Shown piece by piece: positions 1-6,585 of a stretch of DNA of 20,000 nt. The stretch is from an uncultured virus (IMG/VR IMGVR_UViG_3300050821_002105) (lineage: Duplodnaviria > Heunggongvirae > Uroviricota > Caudoviricetes), in the IMG/VR virus record IMGVR_UViG_3300050821_002105; one strand, written 5' to 3'. Numbering within the stretch: the stretch's first letter is position 1; every line of letters starts with the position of its first letter. A model generated the notes under the pieces. That model had not been told where the DNA came from. It was given only the letters and a program-made list of their open reading frames with translations, and made no database searches. A program made the translations under genes and the position numbers.

Positions 1-10
1 ATACTGGCTA

Positions 11-261
11 GATTTAGGTGGGTGGCGGGATTGGCTACCCGCAACGTAGGACTCAGAGTTGCCTATGATTGGTTACCTACGAACTACCTAGTTCTGCTTG
101 TCGATTTTCAACCCTTGCAAGGGGTTTTACTACCCTATCCCTCAGGCGCTAGCCCACCAGTCAAGCGTAGTTTTCCTCCGACCTAAGCGTGTATTATCCC
201 CCAGCCTGAGCTATAAGGATTCTTCTACCACACCCTATGGGTTGCCGTCGCTACCCAAATC
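11..261 (-). ncRNA. Candidate structured ncRNA (~250 nt), family unassigned
   Basis: Begins ~7 nt downstream of a consensus leftward promoter (269-297). The 5' end GAUUUGGGU (261-253) pairs with the 3' end ACCUAAAUC (19-11). Internal helices: CCUUAU-AG-CUCAGGC / GCCUGAG-GG-AUAGGG, CCCU-UGCA-AGGG, GUUGA-AAA-UCGAC, GAACU-AGGU-AGUUC, CGUAGG/CCUACG and GCGGG-UAGCCAAU-CCCGC. No credible ORF; lies next to tRNA genes. Confidence 0.7.
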
Positions 262-268
262 AATTACA

Positions 269-297
269 ACCTTAACACATTTCGCTCTGGTTGTCAA
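269..297 (-). promoter_or_regulatory. Sigma70/SigA-type promoter for the candidate ncRNA
   Basis: Minus strand: TTGACA (297-292), 17 nt, TAAGGT (274-269), with extended -10 TG. Confidence 0.8.
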
Positions 298-298
298 G

Positions 299-382
299 TC
301 CGTCGTGTAGGGATCGAACCTACCGTGTTACTAGAACGCCAGATTTACAGTCTGGTGCCACCACCATTGGGGCCTACGACGG
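299..382 (-). tRNA. trnY: tRNA-Tyr (anticodon GUA), long variable arm, C1-G72, CCA not encoded
   Basis: Acceptor CCGUCGU/ACGACGG plus A73, anticodon arm CCAGA-CUGUAAA-UCUGG, variable arm GUU-CUAGU-AAC, T arm GUAGG-UUCGAUC-CCUAC. Confidence 0.93.
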
Positions 383-546
383 ATGAGTGGGTGGTTGCCT
401 GGCCCTCTTAACGAGGCAGATGCCGCTCCCACTTATTCATGGTATTTATCTATGATTCCTGCCTCTGGGGCTGCCAGGCGGTTTTCTCTGTCAATGTGCA
501 TATAGGTCAGCCGAAGCTGAACAGAAGGTTAAAAACCCTCTCTGAG

Positions 547-617
547 CGGGGAATGAGCTAATCGAAAACTCGCTAACGGGTTTGGAAGCCGTTGTACTAC
601 CACTATACGAATTCCCC
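547..617 (-). tRNA. trnW: tRNA-Trp (anticodon CCA), non-canonical pairs, CCA end not encoded
   Basis: Acceptor GGGGAAU/AUUCCCC plus G73, D arm GUAU-AGUGGUA-GUAC, anticodon arm ACGGC-UUCCAAA-CCCGU (C31-C39 mismatch), T arm GAGUU-UUCGAUU-AGCUC. Confidence 0.85.
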
Positions 618-627
618 AAGGAACGCT

Positions 628-656
628 ACTATAACATAGTTGCCGCTGAATGTCAA
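628..656 (-). promoter_or_regulatory. Leftward promoter immediately upstream of tRNA-Trp
   Basis: TTGACA (656-651), 17 nt, TATAGT (633-628), extended -10 TG. Confidence 0.85.
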
Positions 657-705
657 GCCCCCGGAAAGATTTCTTTCCTTTTACAATCCGGTTGCCGACA
701 AAACA

Positions 706-735
706 AGTATAGCACATGCAACCCCTATTTGTCAA
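706..735 (-). promoter_or_regulatory. Second tandem leftward promoter
   Basis: TTGACA (735-730), 18 nt, TATACT (711-706), extended -10 TG. Confidence 0.75.
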
Positions 736-786
736 TAGGTAGAGGCAATATTTTTATTACGATCATGTTAACGCAGCCTGAGATTC

Positions 787-815
787 ACCTTAGCATAAAA
801 CGTCCAGCTTGTCAA
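787..815 (-). promoter_or_regulatory. Third tandem leftward promoter
   Basis: TTGACA (815-810), 17 nt, TAAGGT (792-787), extended -10 TG. Confidence 0.75.
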
Positions 816-844
816 CCCTTTTTCTACAAATCCCATAAACTTAC

Positions 845-873
845 TTGACAAATCAGTATTTCCCTGCTATACT
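845..873 (+). promoter_or_regulatory. Rightward promoter for ORF 918-1523, divergent from the RNA cluster
   Basis: TTGACA (845-850), 17 nt, TATACT (868-873), extended -10 TG. Confidence 0.85.
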
Positions 874-892
874 GCCATAGAGCACATAAGTG

Positions 893-904
893 GAACATAT
901 GTTC
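893..904. promoter_or_regulatory. Putative LexA (SOS) operator, Gram-positive type GAAC-N4-GTTC
   Basis: Perfect palindrome GAACATATGTTC between the predicted transcription start (~880) and the start codon (918). The flanking bases are G/A rather than the consensus C/G. Confidence 0.55.
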
Positions 905-917
905 ACGGGGATGGTAT

Positions 918-1523
918 ATGCCGCACAAGATTAGCAAGGGCGTTCAGAATAGAGTCACTGGTATCGTCAAGCAGCTAGACAATATAGCAAAGTACATAGG
1001 ACTGATTGATGAGCCGCAAATCACCGAGCTACTCAGGCGAGCGTCTATCGGGTCCACTCCGGATGGATTTGGTCCCGGCAAATCCCTTGGAGAAGGTGGT
1101 GGGCGCGGTGGGTCCACGGAGGACGGCATCTCTCGGCCTACTGAGTCTATGGCGCTCAATCAGCGCCGAACTGTAGACCCGGTAAAGGCACAAGCGAAGA
1201 AGATCCAAGACTGGATTTGGAACGCTGAAGCCGATTTAGCTGACGCGGTGGACGCTTTAAAGTATATAAACATCCAGCTAGAAGAAGAAAAAGAACGTCC
1301 GACAACAGTTCCATGCCTTGTTTGTCAGTTGCTTCCCGCCACCAAGAGAGGAATGTGTGATAGCGATTATCACGATTGGTGGAAGCACGGAAAGCCTGAC
1401 TTTCAGGCATGGGTTTTCTTTAAAACAAAGCAGCGAAATCAAGAGAACCTACTGCTGGTTTCTGAATGTCCACCCCCTAGTGATGGCAATAAGGCCATCC
1501 GCGGACCCCACAAAGCAAAGTAG
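918..1523 (+). CDS. Hypothetical protein with a Cys-rich (putative Zn-binding) C-terminal domain; possible late-gene regulator
   Basis: 201-aa ORF after a consensus promoter, with a GGGG RBS, helical N-terminal part, Gly-rich linker and CxxC-x10-C motif. The regulator role is inferred from position only. Confidence 0.75.
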   Translation: MPHKISKGVQNRVTGIVKQLDNIAKYIGLIDEPQITELLRRASIGSTPDGFGPGKSLGEGGGRGGSTEDGISRPTESMALNQRRTVDPVKAQAKKIQDWIWNAEADLADAVDALKYINIQLEEEKERPTTVPCLVCQLLPATKRGMCDSDYHDWWKHGKPDFQAWVFFKTKQRNQENLLLVSECPPPSDGNKAIRGPHKAK

Positions 1524-1652
1524 GTGGTAACACTCTTATGACGCTTAAAGTTACCAGGCAAATCTCGAGTTTCGCCAGGTCAGCAGCTTATTTGGATCTC
1601 GACTTGACAGATGGTGTAAACTTACTTTTAGATATCACTTTAATGGACTTTT

Positions 1653-1820
1653 ATGTCTAACGACAACGTTCGGCCATCCGAAAAGGATCTACGTCTTGTT
1701 GGCTTTAACCGCCACCAAATGAATGTATTGGCTCAATTGCCAGATGACGTTGTGCAAGAAGCATACTATACACAGCTAGAACTTCTTATGAGTGGTAACG
1801 ATATAACGCTAGATTTCTAG
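1653..1820 (+). CDS. Small hypothetical protein (55 aa, MSNDNVRPSEKDLRLVGFNRHQMNVLAQLPDDVVQEAYYTQLELLMSGNDITLDF)
   Basis: ATG to TAG ORF below the track cutoff that fills the gap in operon orientation; weak RBS. Confidence 0.6.
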   Translation: MSNDNVRPSEKDLRLVGFNRHQMNVLAQLPDDVVQEAYYTQLELLMSGNDITLDF

Positions 1821-1842
1821 CACATGCAAGTGGAGGAACACT

Positions 1843-2142
1843 TTGCCTGATCCAGAAGAGTTCAAATTCGAAGATATGTTTGACGACTCTGATGTTACGT
1901 CTGTGGTTGGAGATGCCGAAATCGCCCTGCGTAAGCAGATGGGTGATGACAACTTCGAAAAGATGATGCACTATCAGCGTGCTACTGCTGACAATGATCT
2001 GGCGCTCACACAGGGCCACATTGATAGAGTAAACGCTGTTGCTAGAGTATGGACGGCTGTAGAGCAGTCCATTAAGGTTGCCGCGGCCTTAGCTGTGGCC
2101 TGGTCGATTTATTCTTGGACTCTTGGGCGCATCTTTAAGTAA
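1843..2142 (+). CDS. Small membrane-anchored protein (acidic N-terminus, C-terminal hydrophobic helix)
   Basis: TTG start with a GGAGGA RBS; hydrophobic VAAALAVAWSIYSWTLG followed by basic RIFK. Confidence 0.8.
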   Translation: MPDPEEFKFEDMFDDSDVTSVVGDAEIALRKQMGDDNFEKMMHYQRATADNDLALTQGHIDRVNAVARVWTAVEQSIKVAAALAVAWSIYSWTLGRIFK

Positions 2143-2338
2143 CGACCCGGAGTGCAGCCTTGAAGACTGCAAGCATCCGGCAGAATACGCTATTTATCCA
2201 GATCGCTTTCGGCGCATTGAGTTGGCCGTCTACCTCTGCACGCCACATCGCGATACGGCAAACGAGCGCGTCGTCGGCAAGCAAGAGCTATACCAGGTGG
2301 CGTGTCAGATGATAAGAGAAAGCCTTGGCTACAGCTAA
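2123..2338 (+). CDS. Small hypothetical protein with a Cys/His Zn-finger-like motif
   Basis: C-x4-C...C-x2-H pattern; overlaps both neighbours in operon fashion; start uncertain. Confidence 0.6.
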   Translation: MGASLSNDPECSLEDCKHPAEYAIYPDRFRRIELAVYLCTPHRDTANERVVGKQELYQVACQMIRESLGYS

Positions 2339-4901
2339 AAAGAAGCGCGCCCCCGATCATTTCAGCAATGTCCTTACTGAGACGATCAACCCTAGCGTTA
2401 TAGATGCCTTCACTCCCTTAGGATACAACCCCACACCTAAGCAGAAAATCTTTCACGATCTTTCTCAACAGAAGGTTCACGCTATCCTTTACGGTGGCGC
2501 CCGAGCCGGTGGCAAGAGTTGCGCCATGACGATGGAGGCGATCCATTGTGCTGTAAACTTTCCCGGCATGAAGATCCTCTGCCTCCGACGCACTTACCCA
2601 GAGCTAGAAGAGTCTTTCCTAGCTGAGCTAAAGAAGCGTCAGTACGCTGCCCCGCTGGGTGGCAAGTGGAACCAGACAGACAAGAAGCTTAGGTTTGCCA
2701 ACGGCTCTGAGATAAACTTCTCCTACGCCGAGACAGAGATCGACATCTCCCGCATCCTTGGTGGTGAATACCAACTCATCGAGATTGATGAGGCTTCTAG
2801 AACGCTCCCTATCATCATAAAGCACTCCGAAGAGAACCTGCGATCTGGAAGCCCAGCCATTCCGGTGATGGGACTACGGCTTGCTACAAATCCCGGAGGC
2901 ACCGGGCACTGTCTACCATATGGTGACGTTCTAACCCCCAATGGTTGGCGTCGAATTGAAGACATTACTACAGGTGATCCAGTATACACCGTGCGACCTG
3001 ATGGCGTGATGGTCGAAACCACCGTATCTAGGACGTTCGAATACGACTGGGATGATGACATAATTGAAGTCAACGCTCGCGGGCTTTCTATGGCGATGAC
3101 TCCAAATCATAGAGTGGCGAAGGTTGGCGGCACAAAGACCAATCAAAAGACAAAATTCTCGTTGGTCCCTTTTGAAGAACTCCCCGGTCAGGCTACCATC
3201 TTGCGTTCTGTAGAGTGGCAAGGCAAGCCGTTGCCATCGTTCACTCCAGATCCAATAGAGACAAGAAAGCGCAAGTTGGAACAACCAGCAACGCTTTCTG
3301 GTGATCTATTTGCAGAACTCTTGGGCTGGTACCTATCAGAAGGTTCGGTAGTACGCTCTGGTCCAAAGGCTTTCGACATAGCTCAATCGAAACCAGACGG
3401 CAGAGACGCGATACAGAAGCTTCTAGATAGGTGTGGGCTTCAAGGGACTTGGGGTGAAAAGTCAGTAAGGATTTACGCTGCTGATTGGTGGTGGTATTTC
3501 TCGCAGTTTGGTTATTCCTATGAGAAATTTATTCCTGACTGGGTAAAGGCTGGGAGTCGAGAAGATCTTCAGATTCTCCTGAACGCGCTCATGGCTGGTG
3601 ATGGGCACTGGCAGTCTAGAACTGGTGGTGCATACTATACGATCTCTAGACAATTAGCCGACGATGTTGCAGAGATAGCCGTCAAACTCGGCTATCTAGT
3701 GTTAGTAACTGAGTTTCAGAGGCCAGATAGAGTTGGTCCTAGTTTTACTGTAAACATTAAGAAGGTATTGTCTGGGGGGAGTGAACTCCTTACTGGGAAT
3801 CATCTTTACGACGTAAAGACAATGACCCAGCGTTCTTCTAACATTAGAAGAAACCATTATACTGGTAAGGTCTACTGTCTTGGCATAGATGATACCGAGA
3901 CGTTTATCGTTAGACAAAACGGATCAGTCTGGGTAAGCGGCAACAGTTATCTCAAAGAACGTTTCATCAAGCCAACAGAGCGCGGTCAGCATCTCGCTAT
4001 CGACGCCGTTGGACGCCGAGTGGCGTTTATCCCTGCGCTCTACACAGACAACCCGTACATCAATCAAGAACAGTACAAGCAACAGCTTGACGCGATTGAT
4101 GATCCTGCTCGTCGTGCTGCTATGCGTGACGGCGACTGGGACGCCCAGGTTGGTCAGTTCTTCGAACAGTGGAGTCATTTCAAGCACGTTATCGACAGAC
4201 ATTGGGATCTCCCGATGGAGTGGCAACGTTACTGTGGTATTGACTACGGTGTTCACGCTCCATATGCCGCCGTCTGGGCGGCTGTAGATAACGATGGCAG
4301 AATGTGGGTTTACCGTGAGCAGTATGCTCGCGGTGTAGATGCGCGTTCACAAGCCATGAATATTCTCGAAGCCGAAGAAGCTGCTGGCGAGTACGAAGTG
4401 ATACGAGTTGCCGACCCTTCCATGTGGGGCAATCGTGGCACGCCAATGAGTATTGCTGATGTGTATGGCTTAGAGGGTTGTGGCATCATGCAAGCTGACA
4501 ACAACCGTCCTAACGGTTGGGCGCGGTGCCACCACTTCTTAAATGATGGACCAGCTTGCGAATATCACACCGAGATGGGCTGGGAAGAGTGCCCAATGAT
4601 GCACGTCTTCGGTGATGAGTGTCCTAGCTTTGTGGAAACAGTTCCAGAGCTACCGCGCCATCCGCTCAACCCAGACGACGCCGAGACTAAGAACGTAGAG
4701 GACCACATCCCAGACGCCTGGCGTTACCTCTGCATGACCGCTGGAACCAGCGGTGGACCTGTTATTTACGACAATGACGCAAGGGAGGCTACGTCAGCGG
4801 ACGTGCGCCAACTCCACGAAGAAGAAGGCGCAGCCTACATGCCAGAAAGCGCTAGGCAAATAGGCCCCTTCGTGGTTGGCGACTTGCGAATGAACCTCTG
4901 A
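2325..4901 (+). CDS. terL: Terminase large subunit (intein-containing precursor; ~513 aa after splicing)
   Basis: Walker A YGGARAGGKS, Walker B LIEIDEA, coupling motif ATNP, nuclease motifs GIDYG and DHIPDAWRY; located upstream of portal. Confidence 0.96.
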   Translation: MATAKKKRAPDHFSNVLTETINPSVIDAFTPLGYNPTPKQKIFHDLSQQKVHAILYGGARAGGKSCAMTMEAIHCAVNFPGMKILCLRRTYPELEESFLAELKKRQYAAPLGGKWNQTDKKLRFANGSEINFSYAETEIDISRILGGEYQLIEIDEASRTLPIIIKHSEENLRSGSPAIPVMGLRLATNPGGTGHCLPYGDVLTPNGWRRIEDITTGDPVYTVRPDGVMVETTVSRTFEYDWDDDIIEVNARGLSMAMTPNHRVAKVGGTKTNQKTKFSLVPFEELPGQATILRSVEWQGKPLPSFTPDPIETRKRKLEQPATLSGDLFAELLGWYLSEGSVVRSGPKAFDIAQSKPDGRDAIQKLLDRCGLQGTWGEKSVRIYAADWWWYFSQFGYSYEKFIPDWVKAGSREDLQILLNALMAGDGHWQSRTGGAYYTISRQLADDVAEIAVKLGYLVLVTEFQRPDRVGPSFTVNIKKVLSGGSELLTGNHLYDVKTMTQRSSNIRRNHYTGKVYCLGIDDTETFIVRQNGSVWVSGNSYLKERFIKPTERGQHLAIDAVGRRVAFIPALYTDNPYINQEQYKQQLDAIDDPARRAAMRDGDWDAQVGQFFEQWSHFKHVIDRHWDLPMEWQRYCGIDYGVHAPYAAVWAAVDNDGRMWVYREQYARGVDARSQAMNILEAEEAAGEYEVIRVADPSMWGNRGTPMSIADVYGLEGCGIMQADNNRPNGWARCHHFLNDGPACEYHTEMGWEECPMMHVFGDECPSFVETVPELPRHPLNPDDAETKNVEDHIPDAWRYLCMTAGTSGGPVIYDNDAREATSADVRQLHEEEGAAYMPESARQIGPFVVGDLRMNL
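2910..3944 (+). mobile_element. Intein with LAGLIDADG homing endonuclease (345 aa, TerL residues 196-540)
   Basis: Starts CLPYGDVLTPNGWRRIEDI, block B MTPNHRV, LAGLIDADG-type helices LLGWYLSEGS and LLNALMAGDGH, block F VYCLGI, ends VSGN before Ser+1. Removing it restores NPGGTGH-SYLKERF. Confidence 0.95.
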
Positions 4902-4911
4902 CGGAGCACGA

Positions 4912-6423
4912 ATGGCCCTGATTAAGCTAAGCCGCGAAATCTCTGAGGCTACTATTTCGACGCCCTCTGGCGCTGCTGTGGCCCCAACGGGTCGCCGTGG
5001 TTGGGTTCCAGGGATTCCAATCGGTGGTTCAACAGAATCGAATCCAGGCCAGTCAACTACGGCTGGCGCCTTGACGCGTGCGTCCTGGATGACGCAGTTA
5101 TTCCAGTCTTACCTAGCCTGCACTTATGTATCAGATTGCATTGACGTTATCGCCCGTACTATTACGGCTGGTGGCGTGCAGGTTGTTCCAAACAATATGT
5201 CGCTGGAGGGGGATACCATCCCTACCCCTCCACCCGCCGTACAGGCTGTCCAGCAGCTTCTTGAATACATCAATGATGAGGAAGACACCCGCCAGCTTAT
5301 GCGTGGTGTGGTGACTGATCTTCTGGTATTCGGTGATTCGTTCACTGAAATCGTGTATCTTAACAAGAAGCCGATAGCATTGTACCCACTGGATCCGAGC
5401 ACAATGGATGTGCTGGCTGACGAGCATGGCACAGTGTTAGGATACCACCAGACTATGGGTACAGGTAGGGAGCAAGATTTCCTGCCGCACCAGGTCATCC
5501 ACGTTAAGATGGACGCGCCTGGGTCTGGGCTGTACGGTGTTTCGCCAATCCAGAAGAACTACGTTCCAATCACGAACTATCTTTTCACCGCTGGATTGAT
5601 CCAAGAGACAATGAAGCGTGGCGACCCATCTAGGTTGCACGTTGACTGGCCTATCGCTCTGCCTATCTCCGTTCAGGAACGCTTGCAGCAGCAGTACCAG
5701 TTTAAGAATCTTGGTGCGAAAAACATCGGCAACCTCTTTGAGACAAAGGGACAGACCGGCGTTCAGGAACTTGGAACCAACAAGCTTAGCGACTGGAAGA
5801 TGATTCTTATCACTTGCCGTGATGAGATCATTTCTGGACTTGGCGTACCACCATCAAAAGTGGGGGTTATCGAATCTGCAAACATCGGTGGTGGTCAGGG
5901 TACTTCTCAGGACCGTTCGTTCCGAGTAAACACTTGTGGACCAATTGCTGAGTTGGTGCTTGAAAAGTTCAGCTTCCGCCTTCTGTACCAGTGCTACAAC
6001 GTGAACGACTGGCACCTGAAGTTTGGTGAAGTTGACTGGCGTGACGACCTGACTATTGAGCAGATTCGCGATATGCGTCTGCGTAATGGTAGCTGGCTAT
6101 TGAACCGCTACCGTACCGACATTGGCGAGCCACCAACCGAAGGTGGAGATGTTGCCGTGCTGGTTGACCGTCAGAATCTTGTTGCATGGCGTGATATGTC
6201 TGACCTGTCCGCTGCTAACCTAGCCGCCATTATGGCGCAAAGCGCACAGTCTGATGCTGCTGGTGTTGGTGGAGCGAAGACCGCACCCCAGCCTGGCGAT
6301 CCACCAGAGAGTCCAAAGCCTACTGAGCACATTCCGTTTGACCACTTGGCCTATCGGGATGACTGGGAAGCCTGGAGAGAGGCCCGCAAAGAGTTAGCAA
6401 TTGAGGAACTGCTAGGGAATTAA
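4912..6423 (+). CDS. Portal protein (HK97-like)
   Basis: Follows terL. Motifs DLLVFGDSFTEI, LYPLDPSTM, VIHVK...GLYGVSPI, IISGLGVPPSKVG and R..IGEPPTEGGD are typical of portals. Confidence 0.92.
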   Translation: MALIKLSREISEATISTPSGAAVAPTGRRGWVPGIPIGGSTESNPGQSTTAGALTRASWMTQLFQSYLACTYVSDCIDVIARTITAGGVQVVPNNMSLEGDTIPTPPPAVQAVQQLLEYINDEEDTRQLMRGVVTDLLVFGDSFTEIVYLNKKPIALYPLDPSTMDVLADEHGTVLGYHQTMGTGREQDFLPHQVIHVKMDAPGSGLYGVSPIQKNYVPITNYLFTAGLIQETMKRGDPSRLHVDWPIALPISVQERLQQQYQFKNLGAKNIGNLFETKGQTGVQELGTNKLSDWKMILITCRDEIISGLGVPPSKVGVIESANIGGGQGTSQDRSFRVNTCGPIAELVLEKFSFRLLYQCYNVNDWHLKFGEVDWRDDLTIEQIRDMRLRNGSWLLNRYRTDIGEPPTEGGDVAVLVDRQNLVAWRDMSDLSAANLAAIMAQSAQSDAAGVGGAKTAPQPGDPPESPKPTEHIPFDHLAYRDDWEAWREARKELAIEELLGN

Positions 6424-6585
6424 ATGCCAACACAGGCCCAAGAAGAGACTGGTTACCTATACCCCGTAGTCGGTGATCCCGTTTACGGCATTAACGGTGG
6501 TCCAGTTGAGGGACCAGTTGGCACCTTGGGTGTTCCTTTGACTGCCGCTGCTGCCGCTGCTCTCATCCAAAAGGAAGTGGGCTAG
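6424..6585 (+). CDS. Small hypothetical protein (53 aa, MPTQAQEETGYLYPVVGDPVYGINGGPVEGPVGTLGVPLTAAAAAALIQKEVG)
   Basis: The ATG abuts the portal stop and the TAG abuts the next GTG start, so it fills the gap exactly. Confidence 0.75.
   Translation: MPTQAQEETGYLYPVVGDPVYGINGGPVEGPVGTLGVPLTAAAAAALIQKEVG

Noticed and set aside
11..261. tmRNA interpretation of the structured RNA
   Set aside because: The 3' hairpin resembles a T arm, but there is no TTC loop, no alanine-type G3-U70 acceptor stem and no evident tag ORF, and it is too short.
466..494. Minus-strand TTGACA at 489-494 as a tRNA-Tyr promoter
   Set aside because: No -10 element at 16-18 nt spacing.
436..546. HDV-like (theta) ribozyme in the tRNA 3' trailer
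   Set aside because: I could not fit the nested double-pseudoknot pattern by eye.
547..617. tRNA-Gly(UCC) reading of the anticodon loop
   Set aside because: The stem does not pair in that register; the CCA register and G73 fit Trp.
774..782. CAGCCTGAG repeat shared with 202-210
   Set aside because: Only 9 nt with no extension; plausible by chance.
98..848. Track ORFs 98-310, 529-735 and 582-848
   Set aside because: They overlap tRNAs, promoters and the structured RNA, and have no RBS or protein-like features.
1604..1634. TTGACA at 1604 as a promoter
   Set aside because: No TAnnnT at canonical spacing, although an activator-dependent late promoter is not excluded.
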